Positions 1 to 9,581 of a DNA stretch of 64,000 nt are shown here, piece by piece; the stretch's first letter is position 1, and each line of letters opens with the position of its first letter. The stretch lies in assembly GCA_038062955.1 (NCBI GenBank), contig JBBTWE010000001.1, positions 453,640-517,639 of the forward strand, in the 5' to 3' direction. A program made the position numbers and the translations under genes. Under the pieces are notes generated by a model, which saw only the letters and a list, made by a program, of their open reading frames with translations, was not told the origin of the DNA and did not search any database. Origin of the DNA: Patescibacteria group bacterium (GTDB taxonomy: Bacteria > Patescibacteriota > Minisyncoccia > Phycocordibacterales > BOKC01).

Positions 1-422
1 CTTCTCCTATGTCGTTCTTCTTCAGAAAATTCCGTATCAAGCCACAAATCAACTGCTTCAACCGCTTCTTCCTCTGTAATAAAACCAGCGCCCAAAGAAA
101 GAACATTTGAGTCATTATGCTCTCTCCCCAATCTCACAATTTCCAAATTGTTTGAGTTATACACAATGGCCCGAACTCCCGGAAAACGATTACAAATCAT
201 TGCCTCTCCCTGTCCCGATTTTCCAATAACGATTCCTAGAGAATTTTCTGGATCTTCAGCGATTTTATAAGCGAGCGGGGTTAAAATTGTTGGATAGTCG
301 TCACCTTTGTCGTATTCTTCAGCCCCCATATCTTCCACATCAAAATCTTTAGAAATTAAATGTTCTTTTAATTTCTCTTTGAGTTCAAAACCGGCATGGT
401 CGGCCCCGATGTAAATTTTCAT
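1..422 (-). CDS. rpiB: Ribose-5-phosphate isomerase B (RpiB/LacA/LacB family), 3' end outside window
   Basis: Manual translation from the ATG at 422 gives MKIYIGADHAGFELKEKLKEHL...DDYP...G.SGQGEAMICNRFPGVRA...REHNDSNVLSLGA, the RpiB signature. Not in the ORF track because it is truncated. Confidence 0.92.
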   Translation of the reverse strand, partial: MKIYIGADHAGFELKEKLKEHLISKDFDVEDMGAEEYDKGDDYPTILTPLAYKIAEDPENSLGIVIGKSGQGEAMICNRFPGVRAIVYNSNNLEIVRLGREHNDSNVLSLGAGFITEEEAVEAVDLWLDTEFSEEERHRR

Positions 423-427
423 ATTGT

Positions 428-567
428 TATAATTTAGTTATCCGACGCATCTCTGCGTTGCTGATTTCTGCGCTTCAGAAATCATGTCGGAATATTTTTT
501 ATCACAAAGTGATATAAAATTTCCGACTCGCTCGCGCCTTGATCTGCATTCAGCTACCTAAATTCTA
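428..567. repeat. Modular palindromic element (shell B + module D)
   Basis: aatttag...ctaaatt termini; gcatctctgcgttgct[gatttc...ttccgact]cgctcgcgccttgatctgcat; shares sequence with the copies at 9323, 12205 and 12757. Confidence 0.85.
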
Positions 568-669
568 AAGTATAGTATATCAAGCTCTTGGATTAAGAAA
601 AACCGGCCACCAAAAGTTTGCTTTTTAAACTATAGTATGTTTTACTCTGAACCAGAAAGGAGACAATAA

Positions 670-1131
670 ATGGATACGATTCTAAACCTGCTCTATCCAC
701 AAGATCAGATCTTTGTCAGCAATCCACGTTTCTCTGTAGAAACTCCGACTGTGACTGTTACTTGTTTAGTGTCTGGGATTCAGAACTACACAATCAAGCG
801 AGTGCCTTACATCACCGCCGAAAATTACGTTCGCATTCTGTCACAGGCATGCTATTTACTCGCCCACCATGTTTTGGGAACGGGACAGATAGATATCGGC
901 CTCAAGCAAGACGATTTCCTGCGAGCAATGCTTGATTTTGAGCTCTATTATCGCAACCTAGCAATGACATTTCACGAAAGGGTGGGAAGAGATGTTCCGT
1001 TTGAGATGACACTTGATCTCAAGGACGTTCGAGAAATCAAACGACTTGGAGATTTCATCATCTTCTCGTTCGCCAATCAGCGAACCGTGATAAGCGGAGA
1101 AATGAGTTTCGTTTACACAAGCCACAGGTAG
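670..1131 (+). CDS. Hypothetical protein, possibly hot-dog fold (FcoT/AfsA-like)
   Basis: 153 aa with SD aaggag and a downstream terminator. The YITAENYVRILSQACYLL helix followed by beta-rich segments resembles hot-dog thioesterases; weak call. Confidence 0.5.
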   Translation: MDTILNLLYPQDQIFVSNPRFSVETPTVTVTCLVSGIQNYTIKRVPYITAENYVRILSQACYLLAHHVLGTGQIDIGLKQDDFLRAMLDFELYYRNLAMTFHERVGRDVPFEMTLDLKDVREIKRLGDFIIFSFANQRTVISGEMSFVYTSHR

Positions 1132-1155
1132 TGGCGAGCAAGGCTCTCGGCACAC

Positions 1156-1183
1156 AACACCACATTAATCAGTGGTGTTTTTT
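1156..1183. terminator. Intrinsic terminator between convergent genes
   Basis: aacaccac-attaatca-gtggtgtt followed by a T-run. Confidence 0.7.
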
Positions 1184-1335
1184 AATGATTACGCCGCTCA
1201 ATCAGCAAAACTCTTTTAGCAAACAATTTTGGATCAAGTGATTTTTGGATACTGTGTAAATAGAATTTTATCTCTTTTAAAATAGCTAAGTGTTGAGCCG
1301 TTATTAGTAAAGTTTTTGAACTTTTTTTCCTCATT

Positions 1336-2367
1336 TTATTTAATGGATTGTCCTGCTTTAATAACATGATCTACCAAAGTGTAGGTATACCCCATTTCGT
1401 TATCGTACCAAGCTAGAACTTTTACCAAGTTTCCTCCAACAACACGGGTGAAAGAAAGATCAGCAATTGAGGCGTATTTATTTCCTTTAATGTCAGATGA
1501 AACGAGCTTTTCTTCTGTCACAGTAAAAATATTCTTCCAACGTTTATCCTTGGCAGCCTTTTTTAAAATTTCATTAACTTCTTCTGCAGTGGTATCACGT
1601 TTCGAAATAAAAGTGATATCGGCAATTGAGCCAACGACTACCGGCACTCTCATCGAAATTCCATCAAATTTACCGACGAGTTCTGGAAAAGCTTTCGTTA
1701 CAGCGATTGCAGCCCCTGTCGAAGATGGCACGATATTTTGAGCGGCAGCTCTTCCCTCTCGCCAATCTTTTTTGCTTGGTCCATCGACAATTGTCTGACT
1801 AGCAGTATAGGCATGTACAGTATTTAGCATCGCTTTTTCGATTCCCAAAGTTTCGTGCAAAATTGCAATAAGAGGACTTGCGGCATTTGTTGTGCAAGAG
1901 GCATTCGAAGTGACTTCGCAGGTCTTCATTTTCTCTTCGTTCACACCCATCAAAACAGTTTCTCCGGGGGCAGAAACTCCACCTTCAACATCCTTGGCTG
2001 GTGCCGAGATAACAACTCTTTTTGCTCCTGCATCTATATGCACTCGAGCCGTTTCAAATGAAGTAAAGAGTCCGGTTGATTCAACCACAACGTCCACCCC
2101 AATATCTTTCCAAGGAAGTTTAGCTGGCTCTTTTTCGCTTATATATTTAACTTCTCGGCCATCAATAATTAAATTTTTCTTATCTTCCGAAACAGAAATA
2201 TCAAAATCACTCACTCCATACGCAGTATCGTATTTTAAAAGATAGGCGATATTTTCTATATTACCCAAATCATTCACAGCAACAATTTCAATTTCTTTCC
2301 TCTTTAAAGCAATTTTTAAAAATGCCCGTCCAATGCGTCCTGCTCCATTTATTGCTACTCGAATCAT
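1336..2367 (-). CDS. gap: Type I glyceraldehyde-3-phosphate dehydrogenase
   Basis: INGAGRIGR, SNASCTTN and WYDNE motifs; start placed at MIRVAING. Confidence 0.97.
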   Translation of the reverse strand: MIRVAINGAGRIGRAFLKIALKRKEIEIVAVNDLGNIENIAYLLKYDTAYGVSDFDISVSEDKKNLIIDGREVKYISEKEPAKLPWKDIGVDVVVESTGLFTSFETARVHIDAGAKRVVISAPAKDVEGGVSAPGETVLMGVNEEKMKTCEVTSNASCTTNAASPLIAILHETLGIEKAMLNTVHAYTASQTIVDGPSKKDWREGRAAAQNIVPSSTGAAIAVTKAFPELVGKFDGISMRVPVVVGSIADITFISKRDTTAEEVNEILKKAAKDKRWKNIFTVTEEKLVSSDIKGNKYASIADLSFTRVVGGNLVKVLAWYDNEMGYTYTLVDHVIKAGQSIK

Positions 2368-2468
2368 GATAGTAAAATGCAAATATACGAATTTATGCGA
2401 ATAATACGAATATTATAACAGAAAACTGCCCATAAGGCAGTGTTCTAATTTTATTTTACCTCGATCCG

Positions 2469-2594
2469 TAAAACTTTCACTTTTTGGATGCAGACCGAGG
2501 CGCAAGCGAGAACCGTACCGAGCCGTATGTACTTATACGGTGAGGGAGGCTCGGAGCGAAGTAACAAAGGTATGCACCAAAAATGGAAGTTTTA
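2469..2594. repeat. Modular palindromic element (shell B + module C, reverse orientation)
   Basis: taaaacttt...aagtttta termini; near reverse complement of 52603-52728; right end overlaps the nrdJ stop codon. Confidence 0.85.
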
Positions 2595-4952
2595 CTTGGC
2601 ACTTATTGTCTGTTCTGCAGGTATATCAATCTCACAAACCCCTCCCACACAGGCAAGTTCTTTTGCTCCAATTGTCTGATCTTGTTTCTCATAAAGCACC
2701 AACTTTGAGAAATCTATGTGTCCCAACATTTTCATGCGACGCTCATATTCTTCTTTATTGATTTCTTCGTAAGGTGCAAGCTGATAGACGTGATTGTTTC
2801 GTGGCAAGAATGATAGACCTCCGACCATCTCCCAGTTTTTATAAACAAAATTAGCGACAGCAATCCATTCGTTATCACCCACATAAATAGTCGCTGATGG
2901 GTTGTGTTCAGTGAAATTATTTTTGAGTCGTTTCCATTCCTCAAGCATTTCAATTGCTGTCACATCCTTGTTTACCATTGCACCTTCAGGCGCTTTACAT
3001 GGAAATTCAAGAACCATCGTTGAAGCATTCGAGGTTGAATATCCAACTTCCGGATTAAATGGCACGCCTTGATCTTGAGCGAGTTTGAGTAATGGATCAT
3101 TTACTGAAATTCGAACCCTACGAATGTAGTAACGAGAGTACCAAGTGTGCATTCCTGAACCAACTCCTAAAAGTTGTCCTGAATTGCCGTGTGGCTTTAC
3201 ACAAGTGATAGCTGTGGATTCATTAACACCAAAACGTTTGGCGTACTTTTTATTTGTCTTAATTGCTTCATCACGAAGAGTTTGGAGATTCTTATCATCG
3301 CGAATTATTTTATTGTCATAGTAGCCGGTAATAGAAACTCCGAGAAGTTGTTCTTTCTCACAATTCTCTTTCCATTCTTTCGAGAGATATTCAAAATTTG
3401 TAAGAGTTGCTTGATATGTACCAAGAATAGTCGCTAGGCGAATTTTTCTCTTTAAACTTTCCATCGTGTCAATTGGACGCACCACAATAGAAGTAAGGTT
3501 GCAGAATTGTTTTGATTGCAGATAAATTTCTCCGCAAGGATTCATTCCCGGCTGTTTGGCAGTCTTGAGATTCTCCCATCTTCTTTTTGGAACTTGGAAT
3601 TTGAGTCCTTCTCGATTGAAAATGCCTCGCTCACCAGAATGAGAAGTTACAAGGGCGGTCCATTCTTCGAGAAATTCTTCTGCTGAAGGTTTGGCTTCGT
3701 AAACTGCTGAATTATTGGCCATTGATCGCTGGCCATCTGTCTGCCAAAAAGCGCCCTTTTTAGAGTCACGCATCTCACGGTCATCAAGAGCCGAAAGAGA
3801 GATAAGGGCACTGCGGCGAACTCCTCCAGCAACCACAATAAGACCTATCTGGCAGATAATATCGTGCAAATCGAGTGTGGTGAGCCTTCTACCTTGTCGA
3901 GCAAGGATTTTTCGGCGAGTAAATTGCATGAGCTCCATAAGAGGAGCAGGTCCTGAAGCGCGACCTCCCATAGTTACAAGCTTTGCGCCAGCAGGACGAA
4001 TAAGAGAATAATCAAATTCCACATCCATTCCTTTTTCCCAGACTTCACAAGCGGCAACAAAAGCTTTACACCAGCCGATCTTGCTGTCTTCTACTACAAT
4101 TTTTGGAGCTTTCTCTCCTGTTTGTTTTTGAATTTGAGGAAACTTGCCAACGTTTTCAGGTTCGACAGAAAATCCACAGCCGGCACCGCACATCGAGACA
4201 TACATTATTTCAGAAAGATCCTGCCATTTTGTTGGAGCAATGTATGCGCAGTTATAAGCAGTCACGTTTGTCTGACGACAAGCTTTGCCAGAAGACCAGA
4301 GAAGTCGCATTGAAGGACAAACTTCTTGCTTTAATATTCCCTCTCGTACTTCCGAATATTCTGCCGGGGTGAGTTTGGAACCCATGTTTTCTTTCATGTA
4401 GTCCATGAAGCGATCAATTGCTTCTACCCATGTTTCTCTGCGTCCCAATTCTACTCGCCATCTTGCATAAAATTGATAGAAAATAAATTCTTGGTATGGA
4501 GTTTTAAAATATTTACTGCTTTCGGCAATTTTTTGTTTCACTTCGAGAGGCACCATTTCACTTTGTTCCCTGACTCTTGTTCTCTCTTGTCTATAAAGAA
4601 TGTAATTTTTGGCAGTATTAATATATTCAGAAACCATGAGCTCCTTCTCTACCGAATCCTGAAGACCTTCAACGGTTGGAACAAAATTCTTATATTTTTT
4701 AGAAATTCTGACGAGATCGGCAAGAACTTTATTGGCAACAAGAGCTGCTTCTTCTTCTGAACCTTCGTGAGAAGCGATCATTGCCTTATTTATTGCATTT
4801 ATGATCTTCCCCATATCGAATGCGACAATTTCTCCGTTTCTTTTCTGAATGCTTTTTATGAGTCCTGTTTTAGGCTTTGATGGAGCAGAGACAGAAGACA
4901 CACTCGAGACTTTTTTTGCAACCTTTTTTGTTTTCTTTGCCGTTTTTGCCAT
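2592..4952 (-). CDS. nrdJ: Class II (B12-dependent) ribonucleotide reductase with N-terminal ATP-cone
   Basis: ATP-cone (IQKRNG...FDMGKI), YNC, GGVRRSALI, NPCGEI, TCVKP and C-terminal CVGGVC. Confidence 0.92.
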   Translation of the reverse strand: MAKTAKKTKKVAKKVSSVSSVSAPSKPKTGLIKSIQKRNGEIVAFDMGKIINAINKAMIASHEGSEEEAALVANKVLADLVRISKKYKNFVPTVEGLQDSVEKELMVSEYINTAKNYILYRQERTRVREQSEMVPLEVKQKIAESSKYFKTPYQEFIFYQFYARWRVELGRRETWVEAIDRFMDYMKENMGSKLTPAEYSEVREGILKQEVCPSMRLLWSSGKACRQTNVTAYNCAYIAPTKWQDLSEIMYVSMCGAGCGFSVEPENVGKFPQIQKQTGEKAPKIVVEDSKIGWCKAFVAACEVWEKGMDVEFDYSLIRPAGAKLVTMGGRASGPAPLMELMQFTRRKILARQGRRLTTLDLHDIICQIGLIVVAGGVRRSALISLSALDDREMRDSKKGAFWQTDGQRSMANNSAVYEAKPSAEEFLEEWTALVTSHSGERGIFNREGLKFQVPKRRWENLKTAKQPGMNPCGEIYLQSKQFCNLTSIVVRPIDTMESLKRKIRLATILGTYQATLTNFEYLSKEWKENCEKEQLLGVSITGYYDNKIIRDDKNLQTLRDEAIKTNKKYAKRFGVNESTAITCVKPHGNSGQLLGVGSGMHTWYSRYYIRRVRISVNDPLLKLAQDQGVPFNPEVGYSTSNASTMVLEFPCKAPEGAMVNKDVTAIEMLEEWKRLKNNFTEHNPSATIYVGDNEWIAVANFVYKNWEMVGGLSFLPRNNHVYQLAPYEEINKEEYERRMKMLGHIDFSKLVLYEKQDQTIGAKELACVGGVCEIDIPAEQTISAK

Positions 4953-5231
4953 ATAGATTTTTTAAAAAATTATAAACTGGTCTTTAAATTAAAATACTTA
5001 GATTAAATTTTCTTGGTACTATATTTTACCTTAAAACTCTCTCGAAAAAAACAAGAAATCAATCAATTTTTACAATTGGATACAAAATAAAAACGATGTA
5101 AAGCTAAATAGAAAAAAAACCTAAAACACTCTTAAAAAGAGCGATGGATTTTGGTCAGTCTTTGTCTAAAAATTTTTTTGAGAAAAATTAGAAATTTATT
5201 TTTAGGGAATTTTAGGTGTTATGTGGACAAC

Positions 5232-5696
5232 TCACCTCTGAATTTGCGCGTAAGAACCAATTTCTATTTTATTTTCATCTGAAAAACCAGCATTAACTTC
5301 TAAAACATATTTTGAAAGCACGTTTGGTTTGAAAGAATTTGGAAAAGTTTCTGGCTTAACGAATTTTTCAATGTGAACCACCGAAAAATTTTTATCTAAC
5401 CAAATAATATCGAGAGAAAATTTCATATCCTTCATCCAAAAGCTGTAGTAATCTAGATTTTCAAAAACAAAAAGCATTCCCCTATCTTTTTCCAAGCTTT
5501 CTCTAAAAGATAAGCCTCGCGCCAAATCTTCCGGACTTTTTACAACCTCGGCTTTTACTTTCACTCCCTCCAAATCCAATATTACTTGGTCACCAAAAAA
5601 TTCTGTTAGATTTTCTCCAGTTTTATAAAAATAATGCCTGGCAGCAATAAAAATTAACAATAAACAAACAACAATGATAATGATTTTTTTATTCAT
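5232..5696 (-). CDS. DUF192 family protein with N-terminal membrane anchor
   Basis: RGLSFRE..GMLFVF..FWMKDM.F.LDIIWLD..YVLEVNAG; start placed at MNKKII. Confidence 0.9.
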   Translation of the reverse strand: MNKKIIIIVVCLLLIFIAARHYFYKTGENLTEFFGDQVILDLEGVKVKAEVVKSPEDLARGLSFRESLEKDRGMLFVFENLDYYSFWMKDMKFSLDIIWLDKNFSVVHIEKFVKPETFPNSFKPNVLSKYVLEVNAGFSDENKIEIGSYAQIQR

Positions 5697-5700
5697 TTTT

Positions 5701-6090
5701 TCATCTTTCCCATTCTTTTGTATGAGGTGAGAAATCAAGTTGGTAGTCTGGTATACCAAGTGACAAGCCAAATTTCAGAACTTCGTCATATGAATCTTTT
5801 TTGCTTCTATCAACCTTAAAAAATTTATCACGGAAAATAATATAATGAAATGAGTCATTTTTGAAATCTGCATACCAAAAATGTTTACTGTCTAATGATT
5901 TGCTAATTTTCTTAGCAGTTTTTTCCATTTGTTTCTCTGGAATTTCAACGGTGTGTAAAGTCCATTTATTTATCCACGGAGTTTTATGGTCTTCCGTAAC
6001 CTCCTCAACTTTTGTACTCAAAATTTTTACATCATTAAGAACATCTTTTTTTTCCAAACTTTCTTCAATTATTACCCCAGAATAATTCAT
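5701..6090 (-). CDS. Conserved hypothetical protein
   Basis: 129 aa ORF with host-like composition (GVIIEESL...WYADF...GIPDYQLDF). Confidence 0.75.
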   Translation of the reverse strand: MNYSGVIIEESLEKKDVLNDVKILSTKVEEVTEDHKTPWINKWTLHTVEIPEKQMEKTAKKISKSLDSKHFWYADFKNDSFHYIIFRDKFFKVDRSKKDSYDEVLKFGLSLGIPDYQLDFSPHTKEWER

Positions 6091-6104
6091 ATTTACTATT
6101 ATAC

Positions 6105-6133
6105 TTGACCTAAAATAATAAGTCAGTTAACAT
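6105..6133 (+). promoter_or_regulatory. Sigma70 promoter for the candidate ncRNA
   Basis: TTGACC (6105-6110), 17-bp spacer, TAACAT (6128-6133). Confidence 0.7.
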
Positions 6134-6140
6134 GGTCGCC

Positions 6141-6552
6141 AGCACAGTTCTTCTGCAAATAAAGCAAAATCAAGCGATTCCCTCTAAAAGGGGGAACAGG
6201 ACAAACCGTTCATGAAGCCGAAAGGTAGCGTGTCAACGGGGTTGGAGGACATCCTCTGTGCCAACTCGCAAGAGTCGAAAGGCATAAACGGGTATCAAAA
6301 CAGAGAGTCTCAAAAGGTGAGGCAATCTGGTGTGGAATCCTAGATGACAAGCCAAAAAATCGGACGGGAGACGAGTGGTCCCCTCCCCGATCACAAAATG
6401 GCTCTTCCTGAAAGAGTAGAGGGAAACTTCTTCTCTAAAAACCGCGAGTGAGAAACAAAGGCAAGTGCCGAACAGTCTCCTCGTAATCCTAAATGGAGAA
6501 AGCTGTGCTCCGAACCGGTCGACAAGGTGCAAACCTTGCCGGCCGTTTTTTT
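6141..6552 (+). ncRNA. Candidate large structured non-coding RNA, family unassigned
   Basis: GC-rich island with no credible ORF. 5' AGCACAG pairs with CTGTGCT at about 6503-6509; many internal hairpins, some GNRA-capped; ends in a hairpin plus T-run. Confidence 0.7.
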
Positions 6553-6561
6553 ATGCAAAAA

Positions 6562-6813
6562 TTATGGATTTGGTTGTGGGTTACCAAAATGATTTTTTAT
6601 GAATGCCCGTCCTGATCCAGATTTCAGATATTTCTCAAATTCAAAAGCTTTATATTTATCTTCTGTAACAAAATAAAATTCTAATGTAACTGGCAAACGA
6701 TTTGAGGTTGCCGGCACTTGTCTGTTTTTATGCCTATCTAATCTATCTTGAATATCGTCGGTACAGCCAACATAATATCCATCTTTACATTTTAGGCTAT
6801 ATACATAATACAT
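6562..6813 (-). CDS. Small GIY-YIG nuclease family protein
   Basis: YYVYSL..YYVGCT..RL.RH..A.EFEKYLKSGSGR. Confidence 0.92.
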   Translation of the reverse strand: MYYVYSLKCKDGYYVGCTDDIQDRLDRHKNRQVPATSNRLPVTLEFYFVTEDKYKAFEFEKYLKSGSGRAFIKNHFGNPQPNP

Positions 6814-6839
6814 TTATATAAATCTTCTGGCGGATTTTA

Positions 6840-6966
6840 TCACGCCGGAGCCCGACTAAGTTTAGCGAAGCCCGACTTCGCTAAAGCTATGTCGTGGCGA
6901 AGGTCGCCTTCGCAAATCTTCTTGCGGACTTTGTCACGCCGAAGGTTTGCTACTGCGAACCGAAGG
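6840..6966. repeat. REP-like GC-rich palindromic cluster between tRNA-Ser and the GIY-YIG gene
   Basis: ttagcgaag-cccga-cttcgctaa hairpin; repeated tcacgccg and cgaagg motifs. Confidence 0.6.
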
Positions 6967-7053
6967 CGGAGGGGGGGAGATTCGAACTCCCGATACCCTT
7001 TCGGATATACAACCTTTCCAGGGTTGCGCACTAGACCGCTATGCGACCCCTCC
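6967..7053 (-). tRNA. tRNA-Ser(GGA)
   Basis: GGAGGGG/CCCCTCC acceptor stem, anticodon arm caacc-CTGGAAA-ggttg, long variable arm, GTTCGAATC T-loop. CCA is not fully encoded. Confidence 0.96.
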
Positions 7054-7062
7054 AAAATAAAA

Positions 7063-7662
7063 CTAAATAGAAGAATAAACTATAAGACTGATCAAAGCAA
7101 AAAATATTGCCGCGTAAAGCATGATTTGGGCTACGAGCAAAAACCAAGCGATTGGCCAGACAGCGTAAAGAAGAATGAGGCCAACGCCAAAACATTGAAG
7201 AATCATTTTTAACTTGCCCGGTAAAAGTGCTCCTATCGGCTTCTCCCCTTTCTTTAAGTGCCAGAACGCATTCAAAATTAAAATAATTTCAATCCCGATA
7301 ATGGTTGAGATGAGATAAATATTTAAATAAATAGAAACAATCAAAGCACCGACACTTCCTATTAAAAGTTTATCAGCAAATGGATCATGAATTTTACCCC
7401 AGTCAGTGATTTGATCGCGGGTCCTTGCAAGCGCCCCATCAACCGCATCAGAAAAAGCGGAAATAACAAAGAGAATTATTCCTAAAATATTAAATTTATA
7501 GACCAGGAGAAATAAAATGACAGGAATAGATATATACCTAAAAGTTGTAATTTGATTTGGTGTGATTTTCTTTGGTATTAAACGCAAAAATGTCCTAGCT
7601 AAAAAACGATCAATGATGTTCGGTTCGCCAGCTGGAACTGTGTAGGATTTTAATTTTCTCAT
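7063..7662 (-). CDS. CDP-alcohol phosphatidyltransferase (PgsA-like)
   Basis: TPNQIT..DAVDGALAR..G...DPFADK motif. Confidence 0.92.
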   Translation of the reverse strand: MRKLKSYTVPAGEPNIIDRFLARTFLRLIPKKITPNQITTFRYISIPVILFLLVYKFNILGIILFVISAFSDAVDGALARTRDQITDWGKIHDPFADKLLIGSVGALIVSIYLNIYLISTIIGIEIILILNAFWHLKKGEKPIGALLPGKLKMILQCFGVGLILLYAVWPIAWFLLVAQIMLYAAIFFALISLIVYSSI

Positions 7663-7673
7663 TATTTTTTGTA

Positions 7674-8588
7674 TTACTTAGAACCCAAGAGAGCATTCAC
7701 GCGATCGGCAACTGGTGGATGACTGGAAAATAATTTATTCATAAAACCAATCGAACGGCCTGACCCTAAACGCTGTGCGTCGGGCATGCCAAACGGATTT
7801 GAAATAAAAAGATGAGAGGTGGCATGGCTTGGATGTTTCATCGGCATAGCATACCCACTTATTTTTTGAAGCGCAGAGGCAAGTCCTTCAGGGTATCTTG
7901 TGAGCATGGCGCCCGACGCATCAGCCAAGAATTCTCTTTTTCTTGATACTGCAAGTTGAATAAGCTTTGCGGCAATCGGAGCCAGAATAATTCCGACAAT
8001 AGCGAGAATCATCAACACCCCTCCGCCCTTATTATCACGATCTCCTCCCTTAAAGTGAGTCATTCTGAAAGAGATATCCGCAAGAACCGCAATGAAGCCG
8101 GCCAAAGTGACCGCAATAGTTGCCACCAAAATATCTCGATTGCCGACATGCGAGAGTTCATGAGCAATCACTCCTTCAAGTTCTGTCTTACTTAATATTT
8201 GAAGAAGACCTGAAGTTACCGCGACAGCCGAGTGTGCAGGAGAGCGACCTGTCGCAAAAGCGTTCGGCGCCGGATCATTAATCACATACAATTTTGGCAT
8301 GGGTAGCCCCGCAGTGATTGATAGATTTTCGACAATATTCCAAAGTTCCCTGTTATCTTGAGGTGAAACCGGAATCGCTCTGCTCATCTTAATTACGATC
8401 TTATCCGAAAACCAGTAGCTAAAAAAATTCATTGTGATAGCAAAAATCACCGCAATATAAAGAATTTCTGGAGCCTGCGTGTACCAACTGATTGCATATC
8501 CAATAACAATCACCAAAATCAAAAATACAAACATAAGTAGCCATGTTTTTCGAATATTTGAAGATTGATGAGTGTAAAGGTTAGACAT
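7674..8588 (-). CDS. htpX: M48 zinc metalloprotease HtpX
   Basis: PNAFATG, HELSH, SRKREFLAD, SHPP; next to lemA. Confidence 0.93.
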   Translation of the reverse strand: MSNLYTHQSSNIRKTWLLMFVFLILVIVIGYAISWYTQAPEILYIAVIFAITMNFFSYWFSDKIVIKMSRAIPVSPQDNRELWNIVENLSITAGLPMPKLYVINDPAPNAFATGRSPAHSAVAVTSGLLQILSKTELEGVIAHELSHVGNRDILVATIAVTLAGFIAVLADISFRMTHFKGGDRDNKGGGVLMILAIVGIILAPIAAKLIQLAVSRKREFLADASGAMLTRYPEGLASALQKISGYAMPMKHPSHATSHLFISNPFGMPDAQRLGSGRSIGFMNKLFSSHPPVADRVNALLGSK

Positions 8589-8621
8589 AAGTTAGACAAA
8601 AGATTAAAGACAAAAGAAACG

Positions 8622-8749
8622 TAAATTCTTTTACTTTTTGAATGCAGTACTAGGCGACAAGGAGCAAAAAGGCGAAATGTATAACTAATACTTTGAGCTT
8701 TTTTGCGACGCAGTCAACAACGTAATGCGTCAAAAATAAAAGAATTTTA
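8622..8749. repeat. Palindromic element (variant shell + module E)
   Basis: Nearly identical to 49867-49994; taaattctttt...aaaagaatttta termini; overlaps the lemA stop codon. Confidence 0.88.
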
Positions 8750-9316
8750 GAACTTAACTTCTACAGGCTGTCTTGCCGCTTCTTCATTTGCTCCCAATTC
8801 AAAGAAATCTTTTTTGGCAAATCTAAACAACGAGGCAATGATGTTTGAAGGAAAAGATTCAATGGTGATGTTTAGATCTCTAACGTTGGTGTTATAAAAT
8901 CTTCTCGCGGCTTGGATTTTATTTTCAGTGTCAGATAATTCGCGTTGCAGTTCTAGGAAATTTTGGTTGGCTTTAAGATCAGGGTAATTTTCCGAGACCG
9001 CAAAAAGAGATTTGAGTGCACCAGAGAGCATATTTTCTGCCGCTGCAACTCCTGCTACATCTCCACTAACTTCCGAATTCATAGCTCGAGTTCTGGCTTC
9101 GGTAACAGCTTCGAAAACTCCTTTTTCATGTCCCGCATAGCCTTTCACCGTATTTATTAAATTTGGGATGAGATCATATCGTCTTTTTAATTGAACATCG
9201 ATATCCGCCCAAGCTTCCATTGCTCGATTAACCATTCTAATAAAACGATTGTAAGCAAAAATAACCCACAAGACTATGGCAACTAAGATGGCTATCAAAA
9301 TAGAATTTAGATTCAT
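8747..9316 (-). CDS. lemA: LemA family protein
   Basis: WADIDVQLKRRYDLIPNL, ENYPDLKA, ENKIQAARRFYN. Confidence 0.96.
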   Translation of the reverse strand: MNLNSILIAILVAIVLWVIFAYNRFIRMVNRAMEAWADIDVQLKRRYDLIPNLINTVKGYAGHEKGVFEAVTEARTRAMNSEVSGDVAGVAAAENMLSGALKSLFAVSENYPDLKANQNFLELQRELSDTENKIQAARRFYNTNVRDLNITIESFPSNIIASLFRFAKKDFFELGANEEAARQPVEVKF

Positions 9317-9322
9317 AATTGT

Positions 9323-9513
9323 TAGTACTTACATATCCGACGCATCTCTGCGTTACTTCGCTCCGAGCCTCCCTCAACGTATCATTAAATACGTCTCGGT
9401 ATGGTTCTGATTTCTACACCATAGAAATCATGTCGGGAGATTTTTTATCACGAAGTGATATAAAATTTCCGACTCGCTTGCGCCTTGATCTGCATTCGGC
9501 TCTGTAAGTCCTA
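9323..9513. repeat. Modular palindromic element (shell B + modules C and D in tandem)
   Basis: Contains both the insert of the 52603 copy and the insert of the 428 copy. Confidence 0.88.
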
Positions 9514-9581
9514 AAAGTTAGTTTAAGGTTTTTAAAGAGATTTAGGTCAAATTATAGCACAAAAACGAGTAGAAAGTTGTA

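Noticed and set aside
2488-2679. Short ORFs starting in palindromic elements (also 9319-9507, 6840-7055, and the extended groEL N-terminus)
   Set aside because: Translations of repeat or tRNA sequence.
4953-5231. NrdR box or cobalamin riboswitch upstream of nrdJ
   Set aside because: Only a weak partial palindrome (ggtactatattttacc); no B12-box and too AT-rich to support a call.
6233-6532. 99-aa minus-strand ORF over the candidate ncRNA
   Set aside because: No SD, non-ATG start and no recognisable motif; promoter and terminator point to the opposite strand.
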